The notes below the pieces were generated by a model. The model saw nothing but the letters and a program-made list of their open reading frames with translations. It did not search any database and was not told the DNA's origin. A DNA stretch of 40,263 bases from Macrostomum lignano (Eukaryota): contig NIVC01002280.1 in assembly GCA_002269645.1 (NCBI GenBank), positions 1 to 40,263 on the forward strand, written 5' to 3'. Position 1 is the first letter of the stretch, and each line of letters begins with the position of its first letter. Shown in pieces: positions 23,401 to 30,262 of the stretch. The position numbers and the translations under genes were made by a program.

Positions 23401-26308
23401 CGCGGCGCAACGACGATGTCGACGAATTCGATGAAGACAAGCCGAGACGCCTGACGGCCAGACAGTCAGAAAGCACATGATGTGACAGGCCACCTGGCGA
23501 AGGTCCACATTTGAGGTGCCGGGCAGGCGCCAGTGCTGAATTGGCTGCCAGGCTGGCGAGCGGGGCAGCGCGTCCCGTTGAGATTCCTGCAGCCGGCGGA
23601 GCAGGCCGAGCAGCGGAGCCCGGGTCAGTCTGGCCGGCTTGCCCGCTCGCCGCAAATCGGCCAGGGTCTGCACCAGGTCCAGCAGGGCGGACAGGCGGCC
23701 CTCCTGGAAGCGGAAATCGCCCGGGTGGAGGGGAGTTTGATTGGAGGGTTCGCGTGAATTATACATGCCCAACACCCGGCCGACCCGGTCGATTGGGGTA
23801 AGTCGCAAAAACGCCGACCCGAAAAATACAGACGTAGTACTAATTAGCTGACGAGATATTTAGCCTTAATAATACAGTCATAGTTACTCCTGCCGTTTAC
23901 CCAAAATTACGTTAGTTTTTTCTGTTTTTTATAGGTAAGGCGCATTTTTGGTCAAAAAGTAAGTTGCACGTCCGGGTAAAATTTTGAAGTTGGGCATGTA
24001 TGGCGGGAACGAAGTCCACTTCAGACAGGTTCTTCAGAAAGGTTACTGGCTGTCTTTCACGATCTCTTCTTCATTTAATCTTCCCAGGCACTGACAACTG
24101 CTCGATTCCTCCTTTCCTCACAATATGGCCAACGAACTCCAACTTCTCTCTACAACAACCAGCTCTTAGTGAAACACCTTCATTCGCTGTGTGACTGGTC
24201 CAGCTCACTCTCAGGATGCGCCTCGAAAAAGCAAAACTCTATTGCCTCGATTCTTCTCTCCATGAGAATGAGCATACACTAATTTTAATCCACTAAAAAG
24301 AAAGACAATGAACCTTCAAGTATAAGCGATGAAAACGGTACACAGGCCAATAAGCGTCCCTGGGTCACTTGCGTCGCCCTAGAGTCGTTCCAGATAACAC
24401 AGGTAAAATAGGAAACAAGTGACTATAGACGATTCTAAAACGATGAGATGAAACGATGAGATTTTACAGCTCAAGTAATGCGTTCGTGACTCATAATAAT
24501 AAAAAAATATAATTTATTACAGCTGTCCCAATGGGCAGATGTGCAACCGCATTGGGCGGAGCATCCGAAGGCTGCGTACGGCTGTTCAGTCCAAGGACTG
24601 GGGGGTCACCACACACCCTCAATTGCCCCAGCTAAAGCTGGCACCCATTTTACAGCTGGGTGAACTGAAGCAATGCAGAGTTGTTTGCAATGACTCTTTA
24701 GCGATTCTTGTCACGGTAACGCTTTCAACGGGATTAAAGGTCATCCAGAGTTACACAAAGGTTATTCAGTGCACACAAAAATAGGTCATTGCGATGAGCA
24801 TAAACAGGTCAATCAGTGCAAACAAAACTCAATTCATTCGGTGCACAAAACAAAATGATTATTAGACTATAAAAAGGTCATCTCTCACCTGAAAGTGCAG
24901 ATGCACCAATAGCGCCAGGCAGACTCGGCGCACCCCGATCGGCGCCTCCCCGGCGCAGGCGGTGTCGCGCAGGAAAGCGGCGCCGCGTTCGAAAATACAA
25001 ATCCAGGGCGACTGCGATTGGTCGGCAGGCGAGGCGCCAATTGAGGCGAGGCCTCTGCCCAGGGGCAGCTGTTCAACTTGGCGCAGCATGTCGTCTAGCA
25101 GCTCCTGGCACATCGCCAAATCGGCGCCAGAATCTTCGTGGCCAGCAGCCGGGCCGGAGGAGCGCCAGGCGCGGCGAAGGAAAGCGAATGCGAACGAGGC
25201 GCCGCAGTTGGCGAACACTTCGCCTAGAGAGCGCGCCGGCGGCTGCGCGGGCGGCAGGGCCGGAGCGGACGACACGGACGAAGGCAGCTCCGCCGGTAGC
25301 AGGTCGACGAATGCCGACGAATTGTCGCCGATGCCGTTGCAGGCTTCTTCGTCAACGCCTCTTCCGTCGATGGCGCCGGTCGTGGCGGAGTCTTCAGCTA
25401 CGGGATGGCCGTCGCAGCAGGCGAGGATCTCGGCGTGTCGAGACAGCAGCTGGCGCAGCAGGCGGTCGCAGTAGGTGCTCGAGGCGCCGATGCTGGTGCG
25501 GAATTGATGCAGCAATTTCTGCGAACTTATTACACTATAACTGACTGATGGGAGATTCTCTGACTGATGGGAGATTCTCTGACTGATGGGAGATTCTCTA
25601 ACTGACTGATGGGAGATTCTCTAACTGACTGATGGGAGATTCTCTGACTGATGGGAGATTCTCTAACTGACTGATGGGAGATTCTCTAACTGACTGATGT
25701 GAGATTCTCTGGTTGACTAATGGGAGATTCTCTAACTGACTGATGGGAGATTCTCTGGCTGACTGATGGGAGATTCTCTGGCTGACTGATGGGAGATTCT
25801 CTGGCTGACTGACTGGAGATTCTTTCAATTGGTTCAAAAAATTCATCGAATCTTGAAGACAGCTTATTTATCCTACCTTTTAAAAGATAGTTTTATGATC
25901 TAAGAAGACCGACTTCTAGACAATTTTACATCCTAATCTGTTTGATTTGCGCCATAAATTCGCTCACCGATGCCCGATTCGTCCAACCACCTGGCGAAGC
26001 TCGTCCGCCCGGCGCCTGCAAAACTGAGCATTTCGTTCTGGCCGACCAATCGACCACAGCGCGGCTGGATGAGGCAGGGCCAGTCCAGCATCCTGGCATT
26101 GAGCCAATGCAGCTATACCAGCGCTACCCTGTTTAGCATCAGCTTCATCGACTAGCAACTCTCTAGTCAAAAGCTGTTCAATATGAGCTCCCCCGATACC
26201 AAAGCTGTCATCAGCATTGCCAGAGCTGTTTTGACGCAGCCGAAGATAGGCCTGACTATCTGGCGAGGCTAGCCACTGATTCCAAGCAGCATCATCAGCT
26301 GACAGCAT
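599..26308 (-). CDS. HERC2: HERC2 E3 ubiquitin ligase, 5' partial (18 exons in window; continues past the left edge, HECT domain not included)
   Basis: Spliced translation gives the HERC2 domain order: RCC1-like, cyt-b5-like (GGCW|[10 protein letters not shown]), MIB/HERC2 ([18 protein letters not shown]...[19 protein letters not shown]), UBA-like ([10 protein letters not shown]), CPH, ZZ, DOC, RLD2 ([13 protein letters not shown]...[10 protein letters not shown]). Exon lengths fit intron phases once about 6 missing single bases are allowed. Confidence 0.96.
1081..1269. repeat. 21-bp minisatellite (TCACGTGACTATCCAGAGTGA) with 42-bp dimer variants, HERC2 intron 17
   Basis: Units start at 1081, 1123, 1165, 1186, 1207, 1228, 1249. 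Confidence 0.92.
1355..1588 (-). CDS. HERC2: HERC2 exon 17 (DOC domain)
   Basis: ttctag|CTG acceptor, AAG|GTGGGT donor, 234 nt. [16 protein letters not shown]...[14 protein letters not shown]. Confidence 0.9.
1681..1772 (+). mobile_element. Dispersed repeat family A, copy 1 (probable non-autonomous element)
   Basis: Aligns by eye with 24364-24450 (AGTCGTTSCAGATAACACAGGT...AAAATAGGAAASAAGTGACT...AAAACGAYGAGATG). Confidence 0.7.
1856..2541. repeat. 20-bp minisatellite (GTGACTCTGGGGYGAYGCAR), about 34 copies, intron 16
   Basis: Direct tandem repeat. Confidence 0.97.
2784..3119 (-). CDS. HERC2: HERC2 exon 16 (start of DOC/APC10 domain)
   Basis: gccag|GTG acceptor, AAG|GTGAAA donor, 336 nt. CWRS...RHWIRLEM...IDRLSIK. 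Confidence 0.9.
3171..3488. repeat. 54-bp minisatellite, about 6 copies, intron 15
   Basis: Period 54 (3281 to 3335); 18-aa repeat in the ORF track. Confidence 0.97.
3490..3840 (-). CDS. HERC2: HERC2 exon 15 (ZZ zinc finger; not in the ORF track)
   Basis: Hand translation: [21 protein letters not shown]...[10 protein letters not shown]...[33 protein letters not shown]...H...H. ctgcag| acceptor, |GTGAGT donor, 351 nt. Confidence 0.93.
3891..6635. repeat. 33-bp (36-bp variants) G-rich minisatellite GGAGTGAGGGAGGGGCGGCCCCCTTAAAGCATC, about 80 copies, intron 14
   Basis: Direct tandem repeat; source of the spurious 817-aa ORF. Confidence 0.98.
6648..8813 (-). CDS. HERC2: HERC2 exon 14 (UBA-like and CPH domains)
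   Basis: 2166-nt uninterrupted frame, ctag|GTC acceptor, CAG|GTGAGC donor. Motifs [14 protein letters not shown] and [19 protein letters not shown]...LNVRVAW...[11 protein letters not shown]. Confidence 0.95.
8980..9534. repeat. 22-bp minisatellite (AGAATCTCACCCCAGATACCAT), about 25 copies with a ~240-bp higher-order duplication, intron 13
   Basis: The rare variant CACGTAATCTCACCCAGATGCTAC recurs near 9117 and 9357. Confidence 0.95.
9656..10387 (-). CDS. HERC2: HERC2 exon 13 (second half of MIB/HERC2 domain)
   Basis: gcag|GAC acceptor; [38 protein letters not shown]. Donor at 9656 or 9650 (uncertain). Confidence 0.9.
10462..11460. repeat. 35-bp minisatellite (GGGAAGCTGGATTCCCACTGAGTCATTCGGTCATA), about 28 copies, intron 12
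   Basis: Period 35 (10501 to 10536). Confidence 0.97.
11603..11822 (-). CDS. HERC2: HERC2 exon 12 (first half of MIB/HERC2 domain)
   Basis: [25 protein letters not shown], donor CAG|GTGAGC. Two in-frame acceptors are possible (exon start 11822 or 11816). Confidence 0.92.
11829..12280. repeat. (GACA)n microsatellite with GATA/GGCA/GAAA variants, filling intron 11
   Basis: Tetranucleotide repeat running almost from donor to acceptor. Confidence 0.98.
12287..12642 (-). CDS. HERC2: HERC2 exon 11 (not in the ORF track)
   Basis: ttccag|GTA acceptor, GC|GTGAGT donor. Open frame [10 protein letters not shown]...[21 protein letters not shown], 356 nt. Confidence 0.82.
12688..14359. repeat. 26-bp minisatellite (TAAGACCCGATTCTTAAACGGGGGAC), about 64 copies, intron 10
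   Basis: Period 26 (12971 to 12997); highly homogeneous. Confidence 0.98.
14389..14586 (-). CDS. HERC2: HERC2 exon 10
   Basis: ttgcag|GCC acceptor, TCG|GTGCGT donor, 198 nt. Joins the next exon as LLTS|VR. Confidence 0.82.
14627..14969. repeat. 37-bp minisatellite, about 9 copies, intron 9
   Basis: TCAGATACTGGCACTCCCTGACCGTCAGACCCCAATG, period 37. Confidence 0.96.
15007..15499 (-). CDS. HERC2: HERC2 exon 9
   Basis: ttttcag|G acceptor after a long pyrimidine tract, CAG|GTTGGT donor; 493 nt fits the flanking phases. Confidence 0.85.
15630..16062. repeat. Degenerate ~20-bp repeat (CCATTTTCTAGGAATCT core), intron 8
   Basis: Recurrent core with many substitutions. Confidence 0.8.
16140..16346 (+). 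mobile_element. Dispersed repeat family B, copy 1 (LTR- or SINE-like)
   Basis: Similar to 34237-34416 (TTGTCGTGCGATT...CCAAGG...GTGTACATGCCT...CCTGTGTGAG...GTGCGT). Confidence 0.65.
16567..16965. repeat. 25-bp minisatellite (GATCCTTCAGCTGCCACCCCTCCCC), about 16 copies, intron 8
   Basis: Period 25 (16581 to 16606). Confidence 0.96.
16994..17703 (-). CDS. HERC2: HERC2 exon 8 (cytochrome b5-like domain)
   Basis: cacag|GTG acceptor, GA|GTGAGT donor. [10 protein letters not shown]...GRDATEAF...CYIGEY. Confidence 0.92.
17845..18195. repeat. Degenerate A-rich ~20-bp repeat (CTAAAAGTACA core), intron 7
   Basis: Recurrent AAAAGTACA motifs. Confidence 0.7.
18233..18767 (-). CDS. HERC2: HERC2 exon 7
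   Basis: Phase-2 acceptor aacag|A, TGG|GTGAGC donor. Ends [13 protein letters not shown], the start of the cyt-b5-like domain. Confidence 0.85.
18900..19300. repeat. ~20-bp minisatellite (GCCAGCTACAGAGGGGGC and variants), intron 6
   Basis: Alternating GCCAGCTAC / GCCAACTAC / GCCAGATAC units. Confidence 0.93.
19466..19828 (-). CDS. HERC2: HERC2 exon 6
   Basis: ttccag|A acceptor, AG|GTAGGC donor, 363 nt. [24 protein letters not shown] is a HERC2-like motif. Confidence 0.9.
19889..19997. repeat. 16-bp minisatellite (CACTCCGCACCCACCT), about 7 copies, intron 5
   Basis: Direct tandem repeat. Confidence 0.92.
20065..20493 (-). CDS. HERC2: HERC2 exon 5 (contains a polyQ tract)
   Basis: ttgcag|C acceptor, AG|GTAAGT donor, 429 nt. 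PYCVELT...[17 protein letters not shown] resembles HERC2 PFVVDIC...EKECVAVATLNLLRLQL. Confidence 0.88.
20699..21961. repeat. 21-bp purine-rich minisatellite (GAGAGAAGGCGAAAGAGGCCA) with interspersed GTGAGGTACGAA doublets, intron 4
   Basis: Direct tandem repeat with two compositional zones. Confidence 0.97.
22006..22510 (-). CDS. HERC2: HERC2 exon 4 (end of RLD1); one frameshift near 22235
   Basis: ttccag|CTG acceptor, AG|GTTCGA donor (phase 2). [10 protein letters not shown] continues as VYSYNE...[17 protein letters not shown] after a -1 shift. Confidence 0.75.
22531..22821. repeat. 31-bp minisatellite, about 9 copies, intron 3
   Basis: CTCTCAGTGTGACCTGMTGGCTTWGCTACCG. Confidence 0.96.
22842..23703 (-). 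CDS. HERC2: HERC2 exon 3 (start of RLD1); internal frameshift(s)
   Basis: ttccag|GAG acceptor, AGG|GTGAGC donor. Motifs [42 protein letters not shown]. 862 nt, i.e. 2 bases short of 288 codons. Confidence 0.75.
24364..24450 (+). mobile_element. Dispersed repeat family A, copy 2
   Basis: Matches 1681-1772; its left end is the reverse complement of the 20-bp minisatellite unit of 1856-2541. Confidence 0.7.
24600..24730 (-). mobile_element. CORE-SINE-like fragment
   Basis: Minus strand GCTTCAGTTCACCCAGCTGTAAAATGGG (24644-24672) resembles the CORE motif CCTCAGTTTCCTCATCTGTAAAATGGG; recalled from memory, not searched. Confidence 0.45.
24889..25518 (-). CDS. HERC2: HERC2 exon 2
   Basis: tcgcag|AAA acceptor, CAG|GTGAGA donor, 630 nt. 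Ends [11 protein letters not shown], which joins [10 protein letters not shown] as in HERC2 LALAILLELAVQRGTL. Confidence 0.8.
25540..25822. repeat. 21/25-bp minisatellite (CTGACTGATGGGAGATTCTCT[AA/GG]), intron 1
   Basis: Direct tandem repeat. Confidence 0.94.
25968..26308 (-). CDS. HERC2: HERC2 exon 1 ([12 protein letters not shown]...)
   Basis: ATG at 26308 with an in-frame TAG just upstream; donor GTGAG after 25968. Length 341 nt needs one extra base to match phase-0 exon 2, so the 3' boundary is tentative. Confidence 0.6.
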
Positions 26309-28457
26309 GCTTGTCTAGACAACTGTCTGTGACAGTTTTTATTTGTCTTAATTAGTCCAAACTCAGAAAATTTCAGGGTTAATTTTAACTATTTGAAGTT
26401 ATTGATATTTAATATAAATTAGAATAGACAATAGTTAGCAGGTCCTTAACTAGGGGTTGGACAAGATCTTTATCTTGATCTCAATTGTCAAGATCTTGGC
26501 ACTTTTCTCAATCTTGATCTCAGTTTTGAGATCTCAAAAAAGTCAAGATTTGTGACTATATGACTAACAAGTCACAAACAAGCTCAATATTATGTAATAA
26601 TTGTTTTTCCTTCTATTATTATCATTTTACACATTTAACAAATAATAATATTATCACAAATAGATAGAATAGTGTAAATAGGCCTAATAGATGCTAATTA
26701 GGCTTAATCTCAAATCTCAATCATCTCAAAAGCATGGATCTTCAAGAGTCTTAAAAATCTTGAAAATGTGATATTTTTACCCCTTATCCCTATGAAACAT
26801 TATATTATAAATGGTTGAATAATTTGCAACATTTTACAAAAAAAAACAATTAAATATGGTTGAGGGATTTAACCTACAAAGTGAAATTCTACAAATAGAC
26901 AGACAGATAGACACAGACTTTAGATTTAATATAGAAGTATAGAAGTATACAAAGATCTTAAAGAAATCTTTGATAGGAAATACTGTTGCAACTAGTAGTA
27001 CACTTAGTATTTTATTAGACACTATTGGCAATTAATAATAACTTACTTTTAATCATAGCTTTATTTGATATAGATGAATTACATATAAAGATCAAACTAT
27101 AACTATTATCAAACTTTAAATATTATATAAAAACAATTTAAGGTCATAATTTTAAATAGGATCTAAATTATTAAGATTAGACAAGATAAAGTTCTAGTTT
27201 TTCATTAGGATACTACTAATAAGCTATGGGACCTTGGGATAATGCAATTGGGATAAAGGTTTTATCTAGTCTTTAACTATATATTATTATAAGATTCCTT
27301 AAAATGTTTACCATTGGGAACCTTAGGATCCCAATTTTTGTGAGAACTCTAGGATTTAATAAAGAAGGATCAAGATATCTAATCTCTAAATATAAATATC
27401 ATTGGAATATCATTAGAGTTAAAGCTGTTATAATAATTATGATATAGATGTTGCTTAGTGGGAATCATTAGCTATATAAATATAAAGAACATGACTAAAA
27501 TGTATTCTTTAAAAACATTTTAAAACCTTTTTTCTGTAGATAGTATAGAATTTAGAAAAAATATAAAGGATAGAATCAGGAATAGCTAAGTTAAAAAACT
27601 ACAGTTTCATTTTGAATTTTGTGATTTAGTTCTGATTTCTAATTCAAAATTTACTAGTGCTAATAGTAACTAAACTAAAAGTAACTAAAGTTACTACTAC
27701 TAGGAGCTAATAATAGCAATGCTAGTAGCAATACCAATAGTATTCATTATGGACGCATATTAGCAAAAAAGTTGATTGGCTGTTTGGCACTGCTGCATTT
27801 TACTCAAATAACTTAAACACAACTTCTCAATACCGTTACACAATGGAATGCAGTAAAGTAAAGATTGCCAGGAAAACTATTCTGAATCTGAATACTATAG
27901 CCTAATCCAATATACTAAAAATGAAAATCTTGCTTGCTTGTAATCGTCTGAATACTATAGCCTAAGGAAAACTATTCTGAATCTGAATACTAAGGAAAAC
28001 TACTCAGAATACAAATGTTTAATTAACCAGCACACAGCATCAGGCAGCTGAAGTTCCATTGAAGTGCTGGGGTCATTTGGTGTTGCTGGGGTACATCCAA
28101 GAATTCACGAATTACAATTTTACTATTAAATAAGCAGTAGTAACAAAATAGATTCCTGGAATCTTGAATTCAACTGAGAATTTAAATTAATGTTCTCCGT
28201 TTTAAACTCTATAGTTTGCAGAGAATTAGGCAAATAAGTAAGTTAAAAGTAACTTTTACTAAATTAAGCATTCTTTGAATGACTATCTCATTAACTAAAT
28301 AACACATTTTAATGCTTATTTGTTTAATTGTTTGCATCTAAGACAGCATATTTTAACTTTAAAGTTTTACGAGAAATTTCTGGAACAGATATCGCAATCG
28401 CAAATATATATCATTATCAATTGAGTGGACCGCTTCTACATAAAATATTCCAAGGGA

Positions 28458-29235
28458 ATGGCCACTGAAGAAGCACTTCCTCCGGAAAACCCAGGTATTT
28501 TTAATGCAACGACAAAGCTCATAAGATCTACTTAAGAACATGCAGTTATCGATGCTAGACTATAGATTGTAGTCACTACAATGTATTGTAAAACTTGACA
28601 CAATATTTGTATAAAAATGGTCAGGATGAACTTGAAAGTAAATCCTAGTGAGCCTAACTATTTCCTATTTTAATTTTCAGAGGATACCGCCGTGCAGGAA
28701 TTGAAAAAGAGAATCGCTGACGCTTTTGAGATATTCGACCACGAAGCAAATCAAACCGTCGACGTCAGAGAAGTCGGAACGATTATTCGTTCTCTTGGCT
28801 GCTGTCCTACAGAAGGTGAACTCCATGACATTCTCAAAGAAATGGAAGAAGAAGAGCCACTGCCGTACGTCACTTTCGATGCATTCCTTGGTGTTGCGAT
28901 GAAGATTTTGCAAGAGAAACGCTACAAGCCTGCACTAGAAGATCAGCTACTAAAGGCATTTCAAGTGTTAGACATTGAGAACAACGGCTATCTGACAAAA
29001 GAAGAAATCGAGAAGTACATGGTGGAGGAAGGTACGACTACCATAACTTCAATTTCGTTAAAGCTGATTCAGCTCCAAATGGCCTTTTTACATATATCGC
29101 TTACAAAAACTTTCAGGCGAGCCATTTTCCACCGAGGAGCTGGAGGAGATGCTCTCGGCAGCCATTGATCCAGAAAAGGGCACCGTAATCTACAAAGAGT
29201 ACGTGCCGCTCCTTGTTGTTGACGACGCTGTCTAA
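28458..29235 (+). CDS. EFCAB2: EF-hand calcium-binding domain protein 2 / dynein regulatory complex subunit 8; exons 28458-28494, 28681-29031, 29117-29235
   Basis: Spliced product MATEEALPPENPEDTAVQELKKRIADAFEIFDHEANQTVDVREVGTIIRSLGCCPTEGELHD...EEGEPFSTEELEEMLSAAIDPEKGTVIYKEYVPLLVVDDAV* closely follows the EFCAB2 family pattern as I recall it. GT-AG introns, both phase 1. AATAAA at 29427-29432. Confidence 0.95.
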
Positions 29236-29660
29236 AGCTCTATCTGAACGTCACAACGAATTCGCGTTTTATATGAGATTGGAATTTTATTATATTGACT
29301 ATTTTATCTCCTGATCAGCGTCAATGATGTACAATTCTCTGCTGCTAAATCATAAAATATTAATTGTTCCCTTTTTAAGTTTCATCAAGTATAAAGAATT
29401 AACGACAAGTGAGTATCAGTGAACTAAATAAAAATATACAACGTCGCCTCTCTTGCTCCTGCGTAAAACAAGAAGTAAGAAGCTCAAGTAAATCCAAATC
29501 GAAGGCATCATGGCTAGCTTTATTCGCTATTGACATACTTTATTATAGTTACTACTAGTAGTATCGTGTAGAAGCATTCAGTAAGAATTTTCTTGCAAGA
29601 ATTCTTCACCGAGATTCTCCCGTCCAGAATTTGTTTCCCTGGTTTCGATTATAAACGCAG

Positions 29661-29940
29661 ACCTTCCGACTGCTCCAAGGGAAAATCATAGAGATGCATC
29701 TGAGCTTCATCAGTAGACACCCACAGCAGACTCTCAGCTTCAGCAGTAGACACCCACAGCAGACTCTCAGCTTCATCAGGAGATAGACACCCACAGCAGA
29801 CTCTCAGCTTCATCAGTAGACACCCACAGCAGACTCTCAGCTTCATCAGCTAGACAGGATCGGCTCTGGAAGCCCTGGCCAACCTGCTGGAAGAGTCCGG
29901 CCTGATGGAGAAGAAGGGTTTCGAACAGCTGGCCAAATAG
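29661..29940 (+). pseudogene. Possible small coding remnant: exons 29661-29712 and 29858-29940
   Basis: cgcag| acceptor, |gtagac donor and gacag| acceptor join TFRLLQGKIIEMHLSFI-R-SALEALANLLEESGLMEKKGFEQLAK*. No clean upstream start; no family recognised. Confidence 0.25.
29703..29849. repeat. 33-bp minisatellite, about 4.3 copies
   Basis: Units start at 29703, 29736, 29769, 29806, 29839. Confidence 0.93.
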
Positions 29941-30262
29941 AGAATCCACATCAGGAACATTAAAAAAGTCGCCCACGCCGTGCACTTTATCCACACAACG
30001 AAAATTACACTACTACACTACTACTCAAATCTGAACTAAGTACTATATGGTGATAAATATTCGAGCGATATTTTATGGATTGTACTTTTTTTAAAACACA
30101 TTCAGCCAAAAATTTGATGTTATAGATGTTCAAGAGATCGAGTATCAGAGTTTGGGTGACTGGCTTGAGGAAATCAACAACATTCTCATTTAGATTTATT
30201 TTTGTGATGACACTCGGTTTTTTATGGAAATGCCAATCTCAAGTGTTCTCAAATCGCAGTGT

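Noticed and set aside
599-26308. HERC2 as a pseudogene
   Set aside because: All splice sites and phases are intact, long exons (up to 2166 nt) have no stops, and the lesions share one error-like type. Not fully excluded without reads.
29703-29849. Hammerhead ribozyme/retrozyme (CTGATGA on the minus strand of each unit)
   Set aside because: After a possible AGC...GCT stem the required GAAA is absent (GTGG instead), and no stems I/III are evident.
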